Assembly (NCBI GenBank): GCA_964482725.1
Contig: CAYZYT010000007.1
Coordinates: 19,875 to 83,874 of the forward strand
From: an uncultured bacterium
Lineage (GTDB): Bacteria > Omnitrophota > Omnitrophia > Omnitrophales > Aquincolibacteriaceae
Reading direction: 5' to 3'
Length of the DNA stretch: 64,000 nt
Shown here: positions 8,598-16,946 of the stretch, piece by piece
Position numbering within the stretch: the stretch's first letter is position 1
Layout of the letters: every line of letters starts with the position of its first letter
Made by a program: the position numbers and the translations under genes
Notes under the pieces: model-generated
What the model was told of the DNA's origin: nothing
Seen by the model: the letters and a program-made list of their open reading frames with translations, nothing else
Databases searched by the model: none

Positions 8598-11500
8598 ATG
8601 AAATTGGATGGCGGGAAGCACCTGGTGGATGGGAAATATTCCATCAAAGACTTGGTAGATCTGGAAGAGTTAAGAGCTCTGTTCCAGAGTTTTACCGATG
8701 CCATGGGCTTTACCATCGGCTTTTTGAGCACTCCCGAGCTTGAGATCCTCATTGCCACAGGATGGCGAAAGATCTGCACCCAATATCACCGGAACTGTCC
8801 CCTCGCCGCAGAAAGATGCCGAATCAGTAACGCCAGGCTTGTCCGTCACTGCAAACGCCCCGGCCAGATCATTATTGAAGCTTGCGAGAATGGACTCGTG
8901 GATTGCGCGACTCCGATCATCATCAAAGGTAAAAAGGTCGCCATTCTCGCGACCGGCCAAGTACTTCTCAAGCCCCCCAATATCGAACATTTCAGAAAAC
9001 AGGCGAAACTCTATGGCTGCAACAAGGCCGCCTATCTCAGAGCCCTGAAAGACGTCCCCGTTATTTCCCCCAAAAAACTAAAGCAAGCCACGCGATTTCT
9101 TGGCCAATTGGCGCATACGATCATCCAGATGGGATATGCCAGCCTTGAGGAAAAGGAACGTAGCGAATTGTTGTCGCGCGAGATCCATCAACGCAAAAAT
9201 TTGGAAGAGGCATTACGAGTCAAGAACCGTGCCTTTGACATATCTCTGGCGGCCACGAGTATTGCCGACACGAGGGGCGTTATCACCGAGGCTAACGATG
9301 CGTTCCTTCGGGCTTGGGGCTGCCGGAGCCGTGGGGAGGTCATCGGCAAGCCCCTAGCGCATTTTTTAAATGATCCGAGAGAGGCTACAGCCATTTTCCG
9401 GGCTCTTAACAAACAGGGGCGATGGGAGGGAGACTTTATAGCGAAGAAGAGAGACAGATCAACATTTATTGCGCACACTCAGGCGACGGCCGTATTGAAT
9501 GAGAGCGGTAAATTGATCGGATATCAATCGGCGGTAGCAGACATCACCGAGCGCCAGAGGGCGGAGGAATCCCTTCAGGAAAGCGTTAAGGATTGGAGGG
9601 ACACATTCGATGCGGTCAATGATGCTGTGTGGCTTCTCAGCCTGGATGGAAGGATCCTTCGGGCCAACAAATCAACCCGTTCGGTGCTTGGGAAAAAGCC
9701 GGAAGAGATCCTTGGGCGCCGTTGCTGTGAAGTGGTCCATGGTTCCCGAATACCTCCCATCGAATGCCCCTTGCATCGTATGCGGAAAAGTCGTCAGCGT
9801 GAATCCTGGGAATTTCAGGATTCGAACCGTTGGTTCCGGGTCACAGTCGATCCTATCTGGGATTCTAAAGGAGTCCTGATCGGGGCTGTTCATATCGTTA
9901 GCGATATTACAGCCCGCAAAGAAGCGGGAGAAGCGCTTCTGGCGAGCGAAGATCAATACCGGAATATTTTTGAGAGCTCCCAGGATGCCTTGATGACGCT
10001 GGAGTCTCCTAGCTGGAAGTTTACCTCGGCCAATACGGCCATGCTGCGGATGTTCGGGGCAAAAAATGCCGCGGAGCTTTTTTCTCATGCTCCTTGGGTT
10101 CTTTCTCCCAAGCTGCAGCCGGATGGGCGCTCTTCTGCCAAGAAGGCCAAGAAAATGATCCAAATAGCGATCCGCCAAGGTTCTCACGCCTTCGAGTGGA
10201 CGCACCGACGGATTGATGGAACGGCGTTCCCCGCCGAAGTTCTCTTGACGAGAGTGGTTAAGGACAAGGACAAGGACAAGGACATAGTATCCCTCCAGGC
10301 AACGGTCAGAGATATCACGGCGCGCAAAAAGTCGGAGGAGGCTTTGCGGGAGAGTGAAGAAAAATTTCGTCTTATGTTCAACACATCGGCTGCCGGGATG
10401 GCGATGTGCAACATGGACGGTTCTCTTGTCGAAGTGAACCAGGCTTATTTAGATATTATTGGCTATACGCGCAAAGAAGCCCTGAGACTTAGCTATTGGG
10501 ATCTGACGCCGAAGAAGTATGCCAAGGATGAGGCCCGACAACTTCGCTCCATGGAATTGACTGGAAAATACGGTCCTTATACGAAGGAGTATATTCGAAA
10601 AACAGGCGAGCGGGTTGACGTGATGCTCACCGGGGCCGTTGTGACGGGGGCGGATGGGGTGAAGCGTATCTGGTCGCTTGTGGAGAATATCACCGAGCGC
10701 AAGCGGTCGGAGGAGCTGTTGAAACAGCGTGAGGCCTACTTGACAGCCATTGTGGATAACCAGTCCGGGATGGTCTGGCTGAAGGACAAGGAAAGCCGGT
10801 TTCTGGCCGTGAACCAGGTATTCGCCAAAATGGCCGGCAAGAAAAAGCCCGAGGATGTGGTGGGGAAGACCGATCTTGATTTCTGGCCTCCCGAAATGGC
10901 TAAGGGATATCGGGCCGATGACCGGAAAGTGATGCGAAGCCGAAAATCTGTCTCGGTGGAGGAACTCATCTCCGAGAAAGGCGTCGCTCGGTGGCATGAG
11001 ACTTTCAAGACCCCTGTTTTTGACTCGGACGGAAAAGTGATCGGGACGACCGGCTATGCCCGGGATATCACGGAGCGCAGGCGTGCAGAAGAGGCTCTTC
11101 AGGAGAGCGAAAAACGCTTTCGCGTTGTGGTAAATAATTCGCTCGATCTTGTTTACCGGCGGAACATCCAGACCGGCCGGTATGATTTTTTTAGCCCGGC
11201 GGTCAAGAAGACGCTCGGTTTTTCATCAGAAGAATTGATCGGCAAAAAACTGAGCTTTGCCACAAGTCGGATTCATCCCGAGGATCTCAAGGTGATAATG
11301 CCTGTGCTGAAAAGAGCCCAGGCCGGCCTTCAGAGGAGCGGTATCGTCGATTATCGATGCAGACACAAAGATGGAACTTATCGATGGCTTTCTGATCGTT
11401 TTACGATCGTTGATGACGCGAACGGACGGCCCTTTTATTGGGTAGGGGTTTCTCGAGATGTTACCGCTGCCAAGGTGTCGGCCGAGGCGCTGAGGAAAAG

Positions 11501-13295
11501 TGAAACCGAGAAAAAACTAGTTTTAGACAATATCCCGGACCTGGTTGTTTATCAGGATACAAAAAACAAAATCATCTGGGCGAATTCCTGCACCGCGAAG
11601 GCCTTCGGTAAAACTGTTGGGGAACTGAAGGGAGCCACTTGTTATAAGGCGTTTTATAACCTGGATCGGCCATGCGCCGGATGTCCTGTCAACAAGTGTA
11701 AAAAAACGGGTCTTTTGGAGCAAATGGAAATGGTTTCTTCCGATGGCAGATGTTGGATGATCTCCGGCAGTCCTGTTAAAGATGCGTCCGGTACGGTGGT
11801 CGGTATTGTAGAAGTAGCCGTCAATATTACCGATCGCAAAAAAGCGGAAGAAAGATTGCTCTTCGTAAATAAAGCGATCGAATCTGTCAATGTTGCGATC
11901 GGGATCTCGGACGCTCAGGGGCATCATTTTTATCAAAACAAGGCTCTGTCCGATCTATTCGGATACGCAACAGCCCAAGAACTGGATGCGGCAGGGGGGG
12001 GATCGAAGGTTGTTAAGGATCCCAACGTGGCCAAAGAAATGTTCAGCACTGTTCATAAAGGAAGATCCTGGGCAGGTGAGTTGGAGATGGTAACGAAAAA
12101 TGGGCGTGTATTTCCTGCCTATGAACGTGCGGACGCCGTAAGAGACAGCAAGGGAAATATCATGGGACTCATTGGAGTCATAACCGATATTACCGAGCGA
12201 AAACGGGCTTTGGATTCTCTCCGGGAGCACAGGCACCAATTGCTGCAGGTCATTGATACTGTGCCGCACATGATCTTTGCGAAAGATCAAAAAGGCCGGT
12301 TCCTTCTTGCCAATCGCGCAGTTGCAGAAGCCTATGGAAAGGAACCGAAAGATCTTATCGGTGTTCGGCATCAGGATGTTCACAAAGATCGTCAGGAGAT
12401 GAAGGAATTCTTTAAAGGTGACCGGGAGGTTCTGTCGTCCCTTAAACCCCAACTCGTTGCGAATGAGCCCTTCACGGACAGCCGGGGCAATAGGCATATT
12501 CTTCAGACGATCAAGATCCCTTTTAAAATGATCGGAATCAAAGACCCTTGTATCCTGGGAGTGTCGGTCGATGTGACGGAACAAAAGAAGGTCGAAGAAT
12601 TCCGTAACGATATTGTAAGGACGGTGTCCCATGAGCTTCGCACACCTCTTTCGATCGAGAAGGAAGGGATCAGTCTTCTCGTGGATGAGATGGTGGGCCC
12701 AGTGAATGCGGAGCAAAAGGAGATTCTTGAAACGGTGATGCGGAGTATCGATCGCCTGGCGCGCATGATCACAAGTCTTTTGGATATCTCAAGTATCGAG
12801 ACCCGGAAGATCCATCTTTTGCAAAAGGTGACGAATCTGGTGGATCTCGTGAATGATGTGGCGTTCGAGTTTAAAAAGCGCGCGGAGGACAAAGGCATTG
12901 AACTCGGCGTAAAAGTGCCAAGGCGTTTGGTGCGGGTTTTTGTGGATGGGGACAAGCTCCTGCAGGTTTTGAGCAATTTGGTGGATAATGCCATCAAATT
13001 CACTCCGAAGGGCGGGACGGTGGGGATTGCCCTCAATGTAATGAAGAATTCCGTGGAATGCGAGGTTCGGGATACCGGGATCGGGATTGCTCCCGAGAAT
13101 ATGGGAAAACTGTTTGAAAAATTCCAGCAATTTTCAAGGAAAGCCGGGCCCGGGGAAAAAGGGTTCGGTCTTGGGCTTTCAATCGCCAAGGGGATCATTG
13201 AATTGCACGGAGGCCAGATCTGGATCAAAAGTGAACTCGGCAAGGGAACTCAGGCGACCTTCTCACTGCCGCTCCATCAGACGGAAGGGGATTGA
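8598..13295 (+). CDS. Cytoplasmic multi-sensor histidine kinase: PocR domain, nine PAS/PAC repeats, HisKA and HATPase
   Basis: PocR pattern (GWRKICTQYHR...CENGLVDCATPII), repeated DITER/DVT PAC ends, H-box SHELRTPL, NLVDNAIKF, DTGIGI and GLGLSI. Confidence 0.93.
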   Translation: MKLDGGKHLVDGKYSIKDLVDLEELRALFQSFTDAMGFTIGFLSTPELEILIATGWRKICTQYHRNCPLAAERCRISNARLVRHCKRPGQIIIEACENGLVDCATPIIIKGKKVAILATGQVLLKPPNIEHFRKQAKLYGCNKAAYLRALKDVPVISPKKLKQATRFLGQLAHTIIQMGYASLEEKERSELLSREIHQRKNLEEALRVKNRAFDISLAATSIADTRGVITEANDAFLRAWGCRSRGEVIGKPLAHFLNDPREATAIFRALNKQGRWEGDFIAKKRDRSTFIAHTQATAVLNESGKLIGYQSAVADITERQRAEESLQESVKDWRDTFDAVNDAVWLLSLDGRILRANKSTRSVLGKKPEEILGRRCCEVVHGSRIPPIECPLHRMRKSRQRESWEFQDSNRWFRVTVDPIWDSKGVLIGAVHIVSDITARKEAGEALLASEDQYRNIFESSQDALMTLESPSWKFTSANTAMLRMFGAKNAAELFSHAPWVLSPKLQPDGRSSAKKAKKMIQIAIRQGSHAFEWTHRRIDGTAFPAEVLLTRVVKDKDKDKDIVSLQATVRDITARKKSEEALRESEEKFRLMFNTSAAGMAMCNMDGSLVEVNQAYLDIIGYTRKEALRLSYWDLTPKKYAKDEARQLRSMELTGKYGPYTKEYIRKTGERVDVMLTGAVVTGADGVKRIWSLVENITERKRSEELLKQREAYLTAIVDNQSGMVWLKDKESRFLAVNQVFAKMAGKKKPEDVVGKTDLDFWPPEMAKGYRADDRKVMRSRKSVSVEELISEKGVARWHETFKTPVFDSDGKVIGTTGYARDITERRRAEEALQESEKRFRVVVNNSLDLVYRRNIQTGRYDFFSPAVKKTLGFSSEELIGKKLSFATSRIHPEDLKVIMPVLKRAQAGLQRSGIVDYRCRHKDGTYRWLSDRFTIVDDANGRPFYWVGVSRDVTAAKVSAEALRKSETEKKLVLDNIPDLVVYQDTKNKIIWANSCTAKAFGKTVGELKGATCYKAFYNLDRPCAGCPVNKCKKTGLLEQMEMVSSDGRCWMISGSPVKDASGTVVGIVEVAVNITDRKKAEERLLFVNKAIESVNVAIGISDAQGHHFYQNKALSDLFGYATAQELDAAGGGSKVVKDPNVAKEMFSTVHKGRSWAGELEMVTKNGRVFPAYERADAVRDSKGNIMGLIGVITDITERKRALDSLREHRHQLLQVIDTVPHMIFAKDQKGRFLLANRAVAEAYGKEPKDLIGVRHQDVHKDRQEMKEFFKGDREVLSSLKPQLVANEPFTDSRGNRHILQTIKIPFKMIGIKDPCILGVSVDVTEQKKVEEFRNDIVRTVSHELRTPLSIEKEGISLLVDEMVGPVNAEQKEILETVMRSIDRLARMITSLLDISSIETRKIHLLQKVTNLVDLVNDVAFEFKKRAEDKGIELGVKVPRRLVRVFVDGDKLLQVLSNLVDNAIKFTPKGGTVGIALNVMKNSVECEVRDTGIGIAPENMGKLFEKFQQFSRKAGPGEKGFGLGLSIAKGIIELHGGQIWIKSELGKGTQATFSLPLHQTEGD

Positions 13296-13299
13296 AATT

Positions 13300-13680
13300 A
13301 TGAGCGAGCCGAAGAAGAAAAAGATCCTTTTCATTGAAGATGAGCCGGATCAGATCGTAATGATCTCTCTCAGGCTTGAAAAGAACGGCTATGAAGTGAT
13401 CTCTTCCCTCGACGGCGAGGAAGGTGTGGAGATGGCCAAAAAGGAAATGCCAGATCTTATCCTGGCGGATGTGATCATGCCCGGGATCGACGGTTTTGAG
13501 GTCTGCCGCCGGCTTCGCAAGGATCCCGCGACAAAACATATTCCCATTATTTCCACGACTGCCGCGGGTGCGGACGATGTGGAGCATCAGTGCCTTACGG
13601 CCGGGGCCAATGACTGTGTTCGTAAGCCTTACGATTCTTCGGATCTTCTTATGAAGATCAAGCGCCTGATCAAAAAATAA
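13300..13680 (+). CDS. Single-domain response regulator (receiver)
   Basis: ILFIEDE, DLILADVIMPGIDG and KPY; directly follows the kinase. Confidence 0.93.
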   Translation: MSEPKKKKILFIEDEPDQIVMISLRLEKNGYEVISSLDGEEGVEMAKKEMPDLILADVIMPGIDGFEVCRRLRKDPATKHIPIISTTAAGADDVEHQCLTAGANDCVRKPYDSSDLLMKIKRLIKK

Positions 13681-13838
13681 TCTGTGGATCCAGGGGGCCT
13701 GTCGCCCGATTTTCAAGAAGGGGGCTCGTAAGGCGCTGCAACTTCGATAGGCGCTGTCAAGTTGCGGGATAGTTCGCGGGCTAGGACGATGCGGTTTTGA
13801 AGTTACGGTGTCTCATTCTCGGAGGAAGATGTACCGGT

Positions 13839-14555
13839 ATGAAGTCCTTGAATAGCAAGCTACTCATTAATGCGCTGGCCAGGATCAGTGACGCCGTCAC
13901 GTCGGACCTTTATGTGGACGAGATCCTGAAGCTGATCGTCACTGTGACCGCGGAGGTCATGAGCTCCAAAATCTGCTCCCTGATGCTTCTGGATAAAAAA
14001 ACTCAGGAGCTTGCGGTCAAGGCCACCCAGTCTGTCAGTGAGTTCTACAACACCAAGCCCAATGCCAGGATCGGGGAGGGCATCGCCGGCCGGGTGGCTC
14101 AATCCGGAAAATCCATCACCGTGTTGGATGTGAGAAAAGATGCGCGCTATCTGAATCAGGCGATCGCGAAAAAAGAGCACCTTTGTTCGCTTCTGAGCGT
14201 GCCGCTTATTTTTAAAGGGAATGTGATCGGGGTTCTGAATTGCTACACCGTGAAGCCGCACCGGTTTGGCCAGGGGGAAATACGCATTATCCGGTCGATC
14301 GCGAGCCTGGCTGCGATCGTCATCGAAAATTTCCGGCTGGTGGTCGAGTCTCAGGCGATCCAGGAAGAACTGGAATCCCGAAAGGCGATCGAGCGCGCCA
14401 AGGGCATTCTGATGAAGCGGGAGGGCTTGAGCGAGCAGGGGGCTTACAAGCTCATCCGGAAGTACAGCATGGATAAGCGCAAGAGCATGAAGGAAGTGGC
14501 GGAGGCGATCCTCTTAAGCGAGGAAATGCAAAAGATCGCGTCCAGCAAGGAATAA
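13839..14555 (+). CDS. GAF + ANTAR domain RNA-binding antiterminator
   Basis: GAF (GEGIAGRVAQSG...SLLSVPL..KGNVIGVLNCY) followed by ANTAR (RKAIERAKGILMKREGLSEQGAYKLIRKYSMDKRKSMKEVAEAI). Confidence 0.93.
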   Translation: MKSLNSKLLINALARISDAVTSDLYVDEILKLIVTVTAEVMSSKICSLMLLDKKTQELAVKATQSVSEFYNTKPNARIGEGIAGRVAQSGKSITVLDVRKDARYLNQAIAKKEHLCSLLSVPLIFKGNVIGVLNCYTVKPHRFGQGEIRIIRSIASLAAIVIENFRLVVESQAIQEELESRKAIERAKGILMKREGLSEQGAYKLIRKYSMDKRKSMKEVAEAILLSEEMQKIASSKE

Positions 14556-14576
14556 GAGCCTCAAAGAAGCTGGCCT

Positions 14577-14656
14577 TCTGATCCCGCCGAGGCGGGAGAA
14601 GAATCTAAAGTAAGATCCTTCCCCCGCCCTTTAAAGCAGGGCGTGCTCAGGATGAC
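14577..14656. repeat. Degenerate REP-like element of the agatccttc...gctcaggatgac family
   Basis: gaagaatct-aaagta-agatccttc and terminal gctcaggatgac are shared with the copies at 6612-6720 and 22630-22688. Confidence 0.65.
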
Positions 14657-14683
14657 GGGGCTTTTAGGTTTCTAAGATCGGGA

Positions 14684-14711
14684 TTGGCAATCAGAGCTTC
14701 TGTGCTATAAT
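14684..14711 (+). promoter_or_regulatory. Sigma70-type promoter for gdhA
   Basis: TTGGCA-16 nt-TATAAT with an extended -10 TG (tgctataat). Confidence 0.65.
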
Positions 14712-14802
14712 TCCGTCGCCGAGTACCGAGTGCGTGCGCGGCGGAAAGAAAGAAAGCCGGCGTTCGAAGAAGAATCCGGTTTCCTTTTGATCCGGCAGTC
14801 CG

Positions 14803-14854
14803 GGATAATGACGTCCTTTTTGGCAGGTGTTTCTGCTGAAAAGGACTTTTTTTT
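14803..14854 (+). promoter_or_regulatory. Leader terminator overlapped by a candidate ANTAR-binding hairpin
   Basis: ggat-AATGAC-gtcc hexaloop hairpin (A1/G4) shares gtcc with a 14-bp terminator stem (loop gtgttt) followed by T8. Confidence 0.65.
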
Positions 14855-14928
14855 GTCACAAGCGTTCTGTTGTCGCGCACGGGGCGGCGGCATCTTGATC
14901 GTTCAAACGTCAAAAAAGGGGTAAACCA

Positions 14929-16293
14929 ATGGCGAAAAAAGTTGAAAATCTGGCAGAGAAAGAGATCAACGCGTTCATGAAAAAAGTGAGTGCGAGAAAT
15001 TCCGGCGAGAAGGAATTCCTTCAAGCGGTCCGGGAAGTGGTGGAGTCCGTAACGCCTTTTATCGAAAAGAATCCCAAGTATAAGAACGCGAAGATCCTGG
15101 ACAGAATGGTCGAGCCGGAGCGTGTGATCATGTTCCGCGTTCCCTGGATCGATGACAAGGGAGAAGTCCAGGTCAATCGCGGGTTCCGTATCGAGATGAA
15201 TAGCGCCATTGGTCCTTATAAGGGCGGTCTTCGTCTTCACCCGAGCGTGAACCTCGGTATTTTGAAGTTCCTCGCATTCGAGCAAGTGTTCAAGAACAGC
15301 CTCACGACGCTTCCCATGGGCGGCGGCAAGGGCGGTTCGGATTTTGACCCCAAAGGGAAATCCGATAACGAAGTCATGAAGTTCTGTCAGAGTTTCATGC
15401 TGGAGCTTTCCCGTCATATCGGACCGGATACGGACGTTCCGGCCGGCGATATCGGCGTGGGCGGCCGCGAGATCGGTTTTATGTTCGGCCAGTACAAAAG
15501 GATCCGCAATGAGTTTACCGGTGTGCTGACGGGCAAGGCCCTGAACTGGGGCGGCAGTTTGATCCGTCCCGAAGCCACGGGGTATGGCTGCGTGTATTTC
15601 GTCCAGGAGATGCTGAAGACCCGGAAGATGACGTTTGCCGGGAAAGTCTGTACGGTGTCCGGTTCTGGGAACGTTGCACAATATACCGTCGAGAAGCTCA
15701 ATGAGCTCGGCGCGAAAGTCGTGACCCTCTCGGATTCCGAAGGGACCATCCACGATCCGAAGGGGATCGATGCGAAGAAATTGAAGTTCGTGATGGAGCT
15801 TAAGAACGTGAGACGCGGACGCATCAAGGAATACGCTGAGGAATTTGGCTGCGAATATCTCCCGGGCCAAAAACCCTGGAAGGTGAAATGTGACGCCGCG
15901 TTCCCGAGCGCCACGCAAAACGAGATCAACGAAGCGGACGCGAAGGCTCTTGTGAAGGGCGGTTGTATCGCGATCGGGGAAGGCGCGAACATGCCGAGCA
16001 CGCCGGAAGCCATCGCGGTGTTCCAGAAAGCCAAGATTCTCTACGCCCCCGGAAAAGCGGCGAATGCCGGCGGGGTGGCGACATCGGGCCTTGAAATGAG
16101 CCAGAACAGCATGCGGTTGCGCTGGTCCCGTAAAGAGGTCGATGAGAAACTTCACAACATCATGATCTCGATCCACGAGAGCTGCGTGAAATACGGCCAG
16201 GAAGACGGAGGGTATATCAACTACGTCAACGGCGCCAACATCGCAGGGTTCGTGAAGGTCGCCGATGCGATGATCGATCAGGGGGTTGTCTAG
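14929..16293 (+). CDS. gdhA: NADP-specific glutamate dehydrogenase
   Basis: [54 protein letters not shown] and C-terminal AMIDQGVV. Confidence 0.97.
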   Translation: MAKKVENLAEKEINAFMKKVSARNSGEKEFLQAVREVVESVTPFIEKNPKYKNAKILDRMVEPERVIMFRVPWIDDKGEVQVNRGFRIEMNSAIGPYKGGLRLHPSVNLGILKFLAFEQVFKNSLTTLPMGGGKGGSDFDPKGKSDNEVMKFCQSFMLELSRHIGPDTDVPAGDIGVGGREIGFMFGQYKRIRNEFTGVLTGKALNWGGSLIRPEATGYGCVYFVQEMLKTRKMTFAGKVCTVSGSGNVAQYTVEKLNELGAKVVTLSDSEGTIHDPKGIDAKKLKFVMELKNVRRGRIKEYAEEFGCEYLPGQKPWKVKCDAAFPSATQNEINEADAKALVKGGCIAIGEGANMPSTPEAIAVFQKAKILYAPGKAANAGGVATSGLEMSQNSMRLRWSRKEVDEKLHNIMISIHESCVKYGQEDGGYINYVNGANIAGFVKVADAMIDQGVV

Positions 16294-16310
16294 GCCTGAG
16301 GCGAAGTTCA

Positions 16311-16347
16311 AAAAAACGGGGCCCCTTCCGGGGGCCCTGTTTTTTTT
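16311..16347 (+). terminator. Intrinsic (probably bidirectional) terminator after gdhA
   Basis: aaaaaacggggcccc-ttcc-gggggccctgtttttttt. Confidence 0.85.
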
Positions 16348-16349
16348 GT

Positions 16350-16378
16350 TGGACAAATGATACGACAATGGTATCATT
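16350..16378 (+). promoter_or_regulatory. Promoter with overlapping 8-7-8 palindromic operator upstream of the Rrf2 gene
   Basis: TGGACA-16-TATCAT; perfect inverted repeat aatgatac-gacaatg-gtatcatt at 16356-16378. Confidence 0.65.
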
Positions 16379-16388
16379 AAGGCATGAA

Positions 16389-16488
16389 CCCCGTTAGATC
16401 TCTGAATCAAGCGGTAGGAGAGATCTTCCGGGAGAAGGTGGCCAGCGATGTTGTTTTGCTTTTTGAATCCATAGGAGATCTAACGGGG
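16389..16488. mobile_element. Small TIR element inserted at a start codon (ccccgttaga...tctaacgggg, TGAA duplication), copy 1
   Basis: aTGAA-ccccgttagatctc...gagatctaacgggg-TGAAg; the same ends occur at 31251-31357. Confidence 0.75.
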
Positions 16489-16946
16489 TGAAGCTCATCA
16501 CGCGAAACACAGATTATGGGATGCGGGCCCTTTGCTATATTGCGAAGCAGGGTCGTGAATCCGTCTCGGCCACTGAAATGGTGGCGGTGCTTAAGATCCC
16601 GAGGCCATTTTTGAGGAAGATCCTCCAGACCTTGAGCTCTGAAGGCCTGCTGCGGTCCGTCAAAGGGCAGGGGGGCGGTTTTTCCCTGGCTCTCCCCGCG
16701 GAAAAGGTCCTGCTTACGGACCTGATCAAAATCTTTCAGAATACGATCCAGCTGAACGAGTGCGTGTTCAAGAAAAAATTATGTCCGAACCGGAGCACGT
16801 GCGTGCTGAAAAAAGAGATCGACTCGATCGAGCAGGATGTGCTTAAACGTCTGCACGGGATCTCGATCGCTTCATTAATTGCCAGGAATACGGAACGTCC
16901 GGAGAAGAAAGGGGGATCTTATGGCCATGGTTCATCCGGCCGCTGA
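16488..16946 (+). CDS. Rrf2-family transcriptional regulator with three Cys
   Basis: TDYGMRAL, FLRKILQTL, SVKGQGGGFSL and C-x5-C-x5-C (ECVFKKKLCPNRSTC). Confidence 0.92.
   Translation: MKLITRNTDYGMRALCYIAKQGRESVSATEMVAVLKIPRPFLRKILQTLSSEGLLRSVKGQGGGFSLALPAEKVLLTDLIKIFQNTIQLNECVFKKKLCPNRSTCVLKKEIDSIEQDVLKRLHGISIASLIARNTERPEKKGGSYGHGSSGR

Noticed and set aside
14647-16410. 587-aa minus-strand ORF
   Set aside because: It is antisense to gdhA; long antisense frames opposite GDH genes are a known codon-bias shadow, and it has no independent motifs.
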